A DNA stretch of 64,000 nt, from sequence record NC_019407.1; one strand, given 5' to 3'. The notes under the pieces were generated by a model that did no database searches, was not told the DNA's origin, and saw nothing but the letters and a program-made list of their open reading frames with translations. Below, one piece after another: positions 44,619 through 52,528 of this stretch; within the stretch, counting starts at the first letter, position 1; the number at the start of each line of letters is the position of its first letter. A program made the translations under genes and the position numbers.

Positions 44619-45184
44619 GCGGCCTCCTTGATTTCCCGAGCCCGCTCGGTCCAGATCATCAGGTCGTAGTCGGCCGGGCTCATCCCGGCGCGATCGGCCA
44701 GCGCCAGGAAGGCCTCCTCCAGCCGCCGATAGACCTTGGCGTTGCCCGGCGTGGCCTTGGGGACCTCGATCCCGTGTTCGGCCAGATGCGCCAGGATATG
44801 GGTGTCGAGCGCCGAGAGCCGTTGATCCGCCCGCGAGTGTAGCAGGAAGAACCGCGCGGTCTTCGGACCCACGCCGGGGATCGCCTCAAAGGCTTCGACC
44901 GGATCGTGTCTCAGGTCGAGGTCCAGGCTGTAGGCGAAGCACTTCAGCAGGCGGTTGTACTGCCCGATGCCGCGCATCTCCATGTTCAGGCGCAAGGTGT
45001 CGTAATGTAGCGCCTCGCGCACTTTGTCGAACGGGGAATCTCCCAGCATAGTCGAAAGCATCGCTTCGAGCTTGCGAGCCTGGATGTCGGCGGTCTTACC
45101 AGCGACGATGCAGCAGAACAGCCAGAATTCCTCCAACTCGGCGTCGGTGCAGTCGAACTTGGTGACGTTGCGCGGATCGATCAT
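44615..45184 (-). CDS. HhH-GPD superfamily DNA glycosylase (Ogg/EndoIII-like, no Fe-S)
   Basis: AIPGVGPKTARFFL HhH with Lys; LDTHI catalytic Asp. Confidence 0.85.
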   Translation of the reverse strand: MIDPRNVTKFDCTDAELEEFWLFCCIVAGKTADIQARKLEAMLSTMLGDSPFDKVREALHYDTLRLNMEMRGIGQYNRLLKCFAYSLDLDLRHDPVEAFEAIPGVGPKTARFFLLHSRADQRLSALDTHILAHLAEHGIEVPKATPGNAKVYRRLEEAFLALADRAGMSPADYDLMIWTERAREIKEAA

Positions 45185-45663
45185 CAGGGGGCCTTTACGG
45201 CGGGGGTGGTCTTGTACTTCTTGGCGTGGCGCAGGCCCTTCCACGAGGCCTTGTAGCCGTCGAGGTTGCGCCAGCCGCCACAACAGGGCGCGCCGCAGGA
45301 ACAGCGCATGTAGGCCTTCTCGGCGTGCCCGCGATTGACTAGGACCTTCATCGCCGAGGCGGTGTATTCGTCCGGCGTGGGAAAGACCTTCTCGGGGTCG
45401 GCCGCCATCTCGATCAGCAGCCGCTTGGGGCCGTCGTTTTGGCACCTGCGGCAGTAGGCGACCTCGTCATAGGCCAGGGCCTCGGCCTCTAGCTCGGCCT
45501 GGGCCTTGACCTCCTCGACGAGTTCCTCGTAGGTCTGAGCCCCGCTCAGGTAACGCGAGACCTCGTGGGTCCTCGGGAGCGCCTTGCCGCAATCCCGACA
45601 ATGGACGGTGTAGGTCGCCGTCCAGGCGGCGCGCTCGATATCGTCGAGATCGTAGGCTGTCAC
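45184..45663 (-). CDS. Cys-rich putative zinc-binding protein
   Basis: CRDC, CRRC and CSCGAPCC; GTG start overlapping the upstream stop. Confidence 0.65.
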   Translation of the reverse strand: MTAYDLDDIERAAWTATYTVHCRDCGKALPRTHEVSRYLSGAQTYEELVEEVKAQAELEAEALAYDEVAYCRRCQNDGPKRLLIEMAADPEKVFPTPDEYTASAMKVLVNRGHAEKAYMRCSCGAPCCGGWRNLDGYKASWKGLRHAKKYKTTPAVKAP

Positions 45664-46109
45664 AGGTGCGGAGCCAGTTCGCGGTCCATGCGGTCGAGTT
45701 CGCCACGCTTGTGGAGTTCGGCGACCCGGTGCAGGGCGATCAGTTTCTGCTCGATATAGGTCATGGTCGCGGGCGAACGGGTCGGGAGTTCCGACAGGCC
45801 CGTACCGATGCCGTCCGAGGGCCAGACCACGATGCCGCCTTTCTTGACGTGGGTGAAGAGCCGGCGGAAGTCCTCGTCGATCGTCCGGCACTGGGCGTCG
45901 ACCGCCACCGGATCGTCGCCGAAGAAGTCGGTGTCGTGCATGCCCGGCGTGCGCTTGGTCGCCACGCCCACGGCGTTGGGCTCCCCGCGCATGTGCCCGG
46001 CTTGGCCGCCCATGCCCTTGCGGATCATGTTGTCGCCGAACACGTAGAGCACGTCGGGATTGCGGCGCAGGTCTTCGCGGAAGATGCGGTGTTGGTAGAT
46101 GAGGGGCAT
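45660..46109 (-). CDS. Conserved phage protein (VFGDN...GxGGQA family)
   Basis: Recognisable VFGDNMIRKGMGGQAG...NAVGVATK motif; function not established. Confidence 0.75.
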   Translation of the reverse strand: MPLIYQHRIFREDLRRNPDVLYVFGDNMIRKGMGGQAGHMRGEPNAVGVATKRTPGMHDTDFFGDDPVAVDAQCRTIDEDFRRLFTHVKKGGIVVWPSDGIGTGLSELPTRSPATMTYIEQKLIALHRVAELHKRGELDRMDRELAPHL

Positions 46110-46167
46110 CGGGCGATCCTTGAAAAGGCGGGGACCGGCGAACCGGTCCCCTGGAGGTGGGGTTCTG

Positions 46168-47796
46168 TTAGGCGCCGTGCGCCGCGACATAGGCCTTGGC
46201 GTAGGCCTCGCGGTAGGCGGCCTCGTGGACCACGCCCGCTTCGTCGGTGAGGTCCTCGAACGCCTCGTAGTGGACGCCATTGGAGGCGTCCAGGTCGAAA
46301 ACGCCGTCGAGCCGGGCCTGCTGGGCGTCGGCGCGGCCGTCGATGTCGCCCACGAGCTTGGCCCAGGCCGCGTATTGCGCCTCGACCACCGCGTCGAAGG
46401 CGGCGATGTAGGCGTTGCTCATCGCCGCCTCGCTGTCGAGCGGCGATTCGGTGACGTCGTTGTAGCGCTCGCCCTCGAAGCCGTCGAGGATATCGACGAT
46501 CGCGTCGGCCAACGCGTCCTCGTCGGTTTCGGCCATCGCCTCGGCGATCGCCTTATGGGCGTCCTGCTCGCCCCAGGTCCGAGCGATGCTCTCGCCCAGG
46601 ACCGCGTCCTCGGTCGGGAAGCCGTTCTCGTCGAGCACCGGATCGGTGCTTTCGGCCGTTTCTTCGTCCTCGGCTTCGGGGCCGGGATCGGTTTGCTCGG
46701 CGTCAGCCTTGCCGGCGGCGAAGGCCTCGCCATAGCCGCGCACATAGCCCTCCGAGTAGGCTTGCCGGGCCGAATCGGGGCCGTCGCTGAGTTCGCCCGG
46801 CATGTCGAAAGACGCGTCATACTCCCAGCCGTTCTCGGCGTCGGCGGCCCCGGCCTTGCGACCAGCTTCCTCGCCGGCCTTGTCCCAGTTGGTCTCGACG
46901 TCGTCGAACGACACCGACACCTCGGCGGTGGTCGCGGCTTCCGGCGCCGAGGCCGTCACGGTCACGCCGTCGGCGGCGGTGGCGTCGGTGGCGTCTTCTG
47001 GGTCCTCGACCGGCGCGGCGGCCTTCTCGTCGGCGAAGCGCCGCTCGACGGCGGCCGAGAAGTAGTTCTTGGCGTCGGCCTCGGGGATTTCGGCCAGCAC
47101 TTCCATCTTGCAGCAGCGCAGCTTGGCTTGGTTGTAGTCGGTCGGGATCGCCGTCACGTCGCTGGGGTTGATCTCGACGATGATGATCTTGCCGACGCCG
47201 TTGTGGAACTGGAGCAGGTAGTCGAACGAACAGGCGTGCAGACCGCGCGAGCAGAGCGCGTTGCGGTTGGGGTCGCACTTGTCGCGGTCCATCTCGACCG
47301 TCGAGCCGATCTTGTACTCGACCGTGCCCGAGTGGTGGTCGAAGAAGTCGGCGCGCACGCGCTTGAAGGCGTGGAAGTTGCCGTCCGGGGTCAGGGGCAG
47401 GCGACCCTTTTCCAGGAAGGCGTAGAGGTCAGCCGCGATCGACTTGTCGGGGTTGAGGTGAACCTTCTCGATGAACTTGGTCAGCGGCTCGATGTCGAAG
47501 CCTTCCGACAGCACGCGCTTGAAGGTGCCGGCCGCCACGTAGTCGATCACGTGGCCGTCCAGGCGCAGACGGTCGCGATCGTCGAGGATGACGCGCCCGA
47601 ACGACTGGGCCGCGACATAGGCGGCGACGTCGGCGATCAGGCGGATTTCGTCGATGTCCTGCGGCACCTTGCGCAGGGCTTCCTCCAGCTTCTTGGCCTG
47701 GGCCGAGGCGCGGGGGAACACGCGGTAGCGACCATCGAGCGTGATCGAGATCACGTCGTTGGTGATCGTCGACGCGATCTTCTTGGGGGTGGTCAT
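46168..47796 (-). CDS. rIIB: rIIB-like protein with acidic C-terminal extension
   Basis: LPLTPDGNFHAFKRV, CSRGLHAC and DYNQAKLRCC motifs; follows rIIA. Confidence 0.85.
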   Translation of the reverse strand: MTTPKKIASTITNDVISITLDGRYRVFPRASAQAKKLEEALRKVPQDIDEIRLIADVAAYVAAQSFGRVILDDRDRLRLDGHVIDYVAAGTFKRVLSEGFDIEPLTKFIEKVHLNPDKSIAADLYAFLEKGRLPLTPDGNFHAFKRVRADFFDHHSGTVEYKIGSTVEMDRDKCDPNRNALCSRGLHACSFDYLLQFHNGVGKIIIVEINPSDVTAIPTDYNQAKLRCCKMEVLAEIPEADAKNYFSAAVERRFADEKAAAPVEDPEDATDATAADGVTVTASAPEAATTAEVSVSFDDVETNWDKAGEEAGRKAGAADAENGWEYDASFDMPGELSDGPDSARQAYSEGYVRGYGEAFAAGKADAEQTDPGPEAEDEETAESTDPVLDENGFPTEDAVLGESIARTWGEQDAHKAIAEAMAETDEDALADAIVDILDGFEGERYNDVTESPLDSEAAMSNAYIAAFDAVVEAQYAAWAKLVGDIDGRADAQQARLDGVFDLDASNGVHYEAFEDLTDEAGVVHEAAYREAYAKAYVAAHGA

Positions 47797-47817
47797 GGTC
47801 GTCTCCTTGAGACCGGC

Positions 47818-49941
47818 TTAGCTGAACGCCAGGGTGAGCGGGATGGCCTTGATCAGGCCCGGCAGGGCCTTGATGCAGGCGGTGATCTGCGCCTCGGTCG
47901 AGGCGTGGTTCATCATGTCCAGGTACTTCCGGACCGGGTGGTTGTAGTGCTTGTAGACCTTCTGGTGGCCCTCTTCGATGATCTGGATCGTCTTGCTCTT
48001 GGGCGGGGCCTTGTAGGAGCCGTTCTCCTCATAGAGCGACTTCAGGTAGGAGCGCTCACGCTCGGTCCATTCGGCGATGTTCGCCGCCAGGAACGGCTTG
48101 AGCGCCACGAAGAAGGCCGCCAGCGGCGAGGAGGTCATGCGGCCCAGGGCGTCGTATTCCGCCGGGCAGTGCTTGACCGCGCGGGTGAAGAACCCGAAGG
48201 CCGTCGACGAGGAGGAGAACTTCCCCAGCAGGTTGACGCACTCGTCGAGCGCGATCTTGTGCTTGGCTTGCAGGGCCGCGTCCACGGCCGCGCGCAGCGA
48301 CGGGATGTTGGCCTCCTCGACGTGCTTCTGGGCGGTCGGCGAGGCGATGTAGATGTGCTTGATCCCGAACTTGTTGGCCACCACGAAGGTGTCCTCGGGC
48401 TTCTTGCGGTACTGGTCCGACGAGACCCAGGCCACGCCGCCATCGAGATTGGTCTCGACCTCGACCACCGCCCGCTGCTCGCCCGCCCGCTTGGCCAGGG
48501 CCAGACCCCGGATCGGCGGAGTGTAGACCGCCTGCGGCTTCTTGCCCTCGACCCGGCGCGGCACGACGCCGCGCAGGTCGTCGATGTCGACCTCGACGAA
48601 CTTGGCCTTCGGCAGGGCGCATTTCCAGAACTTGGCGGGCTTGTCGAACGCCAGCAGGAAGTCGCCGGACTTCACCTTCAGCTTTTCTTCCAGATAGAGG
48701 CGGAAGAGCCGGGCCAGACGGCGGGTCTCGCTCTGGCTGAACTCGCTCTGTGTCGAGGCGTCGCGCGAGGGGTCCATCAGGTCGGAGACGTCGCGGATCA
48801 CGTAGAAGGTGCGCTCGGCGTCATTGTCGAGCGACAGGGTCTTCTCGATGCGGTAGCCCCAGCGCTCACGGTACTGGTCGAACGTGGCCTTGTAGATGCA
48901 CGACACGCCAGAGAAGGAGATGCTGGCGGTGGTCAGGCCCGTCGCCGGATGGGTCACCGACTTGTTGAGGAACTGCGGCTTGAGCTTGTTGTAGGTCTTG
49001 AAGAACTCGACCACCGGCTCGATGTCCTTGACCTTGTCCCAGATCACCATCTCGACCTCGGTGGTGATCTCGCCGATCTTCTTGATCAGGGCCTCGACCG
49101 CGTCGGGCTTGTACTGAATCTCTTCCCGCGACGGGATCGGCTCCACCGTGCCGATCGGCACCGTGATCAGCCATTTGCGGCCCATGTCATGCGGCAGCGT
49201 CAGCCCGCCCTTGTTGGCCAGCGGATAGATCACGCAGCCCTGGCGCACGTTCCAGACCGAGGGCAGGGCCGAATTCTCGTAGGCCGCCCAGGTGCCGTCG
49301 GCGGCCTCGAACTGCGGGGTCCCCAGGCCCTGGCCCAGGTCGATGTTGGTGTCGAACATCGGCGAGTAGCCGAGCGCGACGTTGCGGATCGCCTTCTCGA
49401 AGGCGGGGAAGTCCTTGGCCGCCACGCCGACCGTGACGCGCACCCCGACCGGCTCGGCGCACTCCTCGGTGCCCTGGAGCATGATCCGGGGCCGGCCGCC
49501 CTCGCCGATCGCGGCGGTATAGTGACGCACCACGTCGCCGTCATAGCAGGACACCGAGAACTGGCTGGTGTAGGCGAACGGGCTCTTGGAGCCCAGGCCG
49601 AAGGCGCCGACCAGATCGTCGGTCTGGTCCTTGTCCGACTCGAACAGCGTCGAGTAGAGGAACATCACCTTCTCGTGGCTCATGCCGACGCCATAGTCGC
49701 GGACGTAGAATTCCGGGCGCAGTTCGTTCGGAGCGTGGACGAAGAAGGTGCCCTTGTAGCCCGAAACCAATTGGGAGTCGTAGGCGTTGGTGGTGACTTC
49801 GCGCACCATCGAGCCGATCTTGTCCGAATAGAGACCGTCGATCAGCATCCGGAAGGCCTTGCCGGAGGCCTTGATCGTGAACTCCTGCTCCTCCTCGACC
49901 CCGATGGTTTCAAGGATGACGGGCTCGGCTCCAAGACGCAT
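47818..49941 (-). CDS. rIIA: rIIA-like protein (GHKL ATPase N-terminus)
   Basis: LYSDKIGSMVREVTTNAYDS, VRDYGVGMS and GAFGLGSKSPFAY motifs. Confidence 0.9.
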   Translation of the reverse strand: MRLGAEPVILETIGVEEEQEFTIKASGKAFRMLIDGLYSDKIGSMVREVTTNAYDSQLVSGYKGTFFVHAPNELRPEFYVRDYGVGMSHEKVMFLYSTLFESDKDQTDDLVGAFGLGSKSPFAYTSQFSVSCYDGDVVRHYTAAIGEGGRPRIMLQGTEECAEPVGVRVTVGVAAKDFPAFEKAIRNVALGYSPMFDTNIDLGQGLGTPQFEAADGTWAAYENSALPSVWNVRQGCVIYPLANKGGLTLPHDMGRKWLITVPIGTVEPIPSREEIQYKPDAVEALIKKIGEITTEVEMVIWDKVKDIEPVVEFFKTYNKLKPQFLNKSVTHPATGLTTASISFSGVSCIYKATFDQYRERWGYRIEKTLSLDNDAERTFYVIRDVSDLMDPSRDASTQSEFSQSETRRLARLFRLYLEEKLKVKSGDFLLAFDKPAKFWKCALPKAKFVEVDIDDLRGVVPRRVEGKKPQAVYTPPIRGLALAKRAGEQRAVVEVETNLDGGVAWVSSDQYRKKPEDTFVVANKFGIKHIYIASPTAQKHVEEANIPSLRAAVDAALQAKHKIALDECVNLLGKFSSSSTAFGFFTRAVKHCPAEYDALGRMTSSPLAAFFVALKPFLAANIAEWTERERSYLKSLYEENGSYKAPPKSKTIQIIEEGHQKVYKHYNHPVRKYLDMMNHASTEAQITACIKALPGLIKAIPLTLAFS

Positions 49942-50034
49942 GGCAAACTCCGAAAGGCAGGCTTGAGTGAATGTGTTGCCGATCCTTCTAGCGAGGCGTT
50001 CTGGCTCTGTCAACACACTCCAGCCTACCGGGAT

Positions 50035-50049
50035 GTCGTGAATCTTGAC
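50035..50049 (+). promoter_or_regulatory. GTCGTGAATCTTGAC element in a divergent promoter region
   Basis: Exact copy. Confidence 0.75.
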
Positions 50050-50068
50050 GTTCCGCGACGCCTGAGGC

Positions 50069-50320
50069 ATGCTCGTATTCATGCGGAACATCACGGCTGA
50101 AGCGACGGGCAAGACCCGCACTTGCACGTCCGAGGATTATCCCTGGCCCCCGCGCGGGTCCGAGGGATGCGATTGCATGGAAAAGTCCAGCAACCCCAAG
50201 CGCGACTTCATGCTGATCGCCGACCGCACCGGTGTAATCGTATGGTACGCGAGGATGACATGCCCGATTCACGGCCCGAAGATCAAGACGTCGGACGTCG
50301 CAACCGAATCCACGACCTGA
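50069..50320 (+). CDS. Hypothetical protein
   Basis: Short ORF just after the promoter; overlaps the next gene by 60 nt. Confidence 0.4.
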   Translation: MLVFMRNITAEATGKTRTCTSEDYPWPPRGSEGCDCMEKSSNPKRDFMLIADRTGVIVWYARMTCPIHGPKIKTSDVATESTT

Positions 50321-50667
50321 TCGTCGGCGACCCTCGGGAGGACGCCCGCTACGCTCGCAAGCTCAGCAACCGCGACAAGACGATGTTCGTCTGCGGGGTC
50401 CTCAACCACCCCGCCTCGGCCTTCGATCTCGATCTCCCGTTCCCGATCGAGGACTGGATCGCCTCGGACGACAATTCCCTGGTCTGCGCCGGGCTCTACC
50501 TGACCGATCTGCGCCTCCAGTTCTACGAGGCCCTGGCGCCGGCCCAGGACGACGAGCAGGCTTTCGTCCGCCAGGGCGAAGCCGAGTTCTGGTATCACCG
50601 CTTCAACGTCATGATCGAGCGGCGCGCCCACGGCGTGCTGGTCACCGACGGGCGCGTCCTCCATTGA
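50260..50667 (+). CDS. Hypothetical protein
   Basis: GAGGA RBS; high GC3. Confidence 0.7.
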   Translation: MPDSRPEDQDVGRRNRIHDLIVGDPREDARYARKLSNRDKTMFVCGVLNHPASAFDLDLPFPIEDWIASDDNSLVCAGLYLTDLRLQFYEALAPAQDDEQAFVRQGEAEFWYHRFNVMIERRAHGVLVTDGRVLH

Positions 50668-51038
50668 GCAGCGATCTGCCCCTCTACGATGGCGCGCTGA
50701 CGGGCAAGCTCGTCGGCCGCTTCGTGCGCGCCGGGCAGGCCTTCGACGTCGTGCGTCCTGGCTTCGACGCCCAGGGGATCAAGCGCCAGACCTGGACCCA
50801 GATCGTCCATGGCGGCGTTCCCGTCTTCGAGGTCAAGGTCCGCACCGATCTCGACAATGTGATCGACCGCTTCGACGAACTGTGGGAGCGTCACATCGGC
50901 GAGGACGAGGACCTGCTCGCCCGCGCCCTGGCCTCGGTCAAGAAGGAGCGGACCGCCAAGTTCCGGGATGGCAAGTCGGGGGTCACGCCGGCCCCGACCG
51001 TCCACGACGTCCGCATCCCCACCGCCTATAGCGGTTGA
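50664..51038 (+). CDS. Hypothetical protein
   Basis: TTGA start/stop overlap; high GC3. Confidence 0.7.
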   Translation: MSSDLPLYDGALTGKLVGRFVRAGQAFDVVRPGFDAQGIKRQTWTQIVHGGVPVFEVKVRTDLDNVIDRFDELWERHIGEDEDLLARALASVKKERTAKFRDGKSGVTPAPTVHDVRIPTAYSG

Positions 51039-51117
51039 CATTTTGTTGGCGTTCAAGGGTTGACAGCCCGGATTTCATGACTTAGATGCCTCCTCGACGA
51101 CAACGAAGGAGGCTCTC

Positions 51118-51744
51118 ATGCCCAAGCGGATCAAAGGCAAGCGCATCGCCCTGCACCGGGCCAAGGTGCTCGACGCCGACGAGTTCAACAACCTGATCGA
51201 AGGCGTGTCCCGCCGCGAGCACGGTCTGCGTGACCGCGTGCTCTTCAAGCTCTCCTTCTATTGCGGCCTGCGCGTCGCCGAGATCGCCGGCCTGGAGTGG
51301 CGCAAGCACCTGCTGGACGCCAGCGGCCGTCTGCGTCCCGCCATCCACGTCACCCACGACATCGGCAAGAACTCGGTCGAGCGCTTCATCCCGATCGAAG
51401 CCTCGCTGGCCGAGGACCTGCGCGCCCTGCGCAAGACCTGCCGCGACAACCGCTTCGTCATCTACCCCCTGCGCGTGACCATGCGCGGCGGCCCGGAGAA
51501 GACCGACGCCAACACCCTGGCGCAATACATGCGCCGAACGTTTCTGGAGTTCGGCCTGGACGGCGCCTCGTCGCACTCGGGCCGCCGCACCTTCATCACC
51601 GATCTCGCGCGGAAAGCGAACCTCGTGGGTTGCTCGCTCCGGGACATCCAGGGCATGGTGGGTCACAAGCGGATCGAGACCACCGGCAGCTATATCGAGA
51701 CCAGCCGGCAGCAGGACCAACTCGTCGCCCTGGTCCTGCGATAG
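51118..51744 (+). CDS. Tyrosine recombinase, catalytic domain only
   Basis: GLRVAEI (R), SHSGRRTF (HxxR) and [11 protein letters not shown] (H...Y). Confidence 0.92.
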   Translation: MPKRIKGKRIALHRAKVLDADEFNNLIEGVSRREHGLRDRVLFKLSFYCGLRVAEIAGLEWRKHLLDASGRLRPAIHVTHDIGKNSVERFIPIEASLAEDLRALRKTCRDNRFVIYPLRVTMRGGPEKTDANTLAQYMRRTFLEFGLDGASSHSGRRTFITDLARKANLVGCSLRDIQGMVGHKRIETTGSYIETSRQQDQLVALVLR

Positions 51745-51753
51745 GAGGGCGCG

Positions 51754-52167
51754 ATGACCTATGTCTGCACCACCGAGACCGACGAGATCATCAACGCCCA
51801 GCCCGTCGATCTGGACGCGGCCGAGGCCCTGCTGCGTCCGCGTCCGAACTTCGCCAAGGCCAGGGGCGTCTGCCGCGAGTGCGGCGCGCCCAAGAACGAA
51901 CGGCGCCTGGGTGCGGACTTCTGCTCGACTCGCTGCCGCTCGGACTTCCACAACCGGGCCAAGATCGAGGGCGCGTCGCTGATCCACATCGTCAAGCGCT
52001 GGCGGCGCTATCGTCGCCCTGGCGACTTCGCCCTGATGACCAAGATGGCGGACGACCTGATCCGCGCCGACAAGCTCGCCAACCGCAACTTCTATCCCGA
52101 CCCGCCGGCCACGGCTCACGCCAAGGTCGTCGCCACCAACATCGCCGGGCGCCGCAAGGCCCGCTAG
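51754..52167 (+). CDS. Hypothetical zinc-finger protein
   Basis: CREC...FCSTRC; GGAGG RBS. Confidence 0.75.
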   Translation: MTYVCTTETDEIINAQPVDLDAAEALLRPRPNFAKARGVCRECGAPKNERRLGADFCSTRCRSDFHNRAKIEGASLIHIVKRWRRYRRPGDFALMTKMADDLIRADKLANRNFYPDPPATAHAKVVATNIAGRRKAR

Positions 52168-52182
52168 TCCCAGGAGTACAGT

Positions 52183-52437
52183 TTGACCACACCGAACCAA
52201 GCCCCCGTCCACACCGTCGAGAGCGGTGGTCACCTCTTCCAGGTCTATGCGGCCCCGGAGAACCACACCCACCGCTACCTCGGCTATTGCGACGGAACGA
52301 TCAGCGTCAGCGGCTCCAGCGTTGACGTCGTCCTGCGGGCCTTGGTGACTAAACATCCGGCGGTGCGGCCCAGCGGCGAGGTGATCGATTTCACCGCCTA
52401 TCGCCTCAAACGCCTGGGCGAGGAGTTCGCCGCCTGA
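52183..52437 (+). CDS. Hypothetical protein
   Basis: GGAG RBS, TTG start. Confidence 0.65.
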   Translation: MTTPNQAPVHTVESGGHLFQVYAAPENHTHRYLGYCDGTISVSGSSVDVVLRALVTKHPAVRPSGEVIDFTAYRLKRLGEEFAA

Positions 52438-52454
52438 CGTCGTGATTTAACACT

Positions 52455-52469
52455 GTCATGAATCTTGAC
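52455..52469 (+). promoter_or_regulatory. GTCATGAATCTTGAC element / primase promoter
   Basis: Followed by TTGACA-16-GCTAGA. Confidence 0.78.
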
Positions 52470-52528
52470 ACCTGTCGGGATTGGAGGCTAGATGGCTCCC
52501 GCCTTTCACCCCCGTCCCGACAGGCTTC

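Noticed and set aside
51118-51744. Evidence that the window is an integrated prophage
   Set aside because: No host genes or att-like boundary in the window; the recombinase lacks an arm-binding domain.
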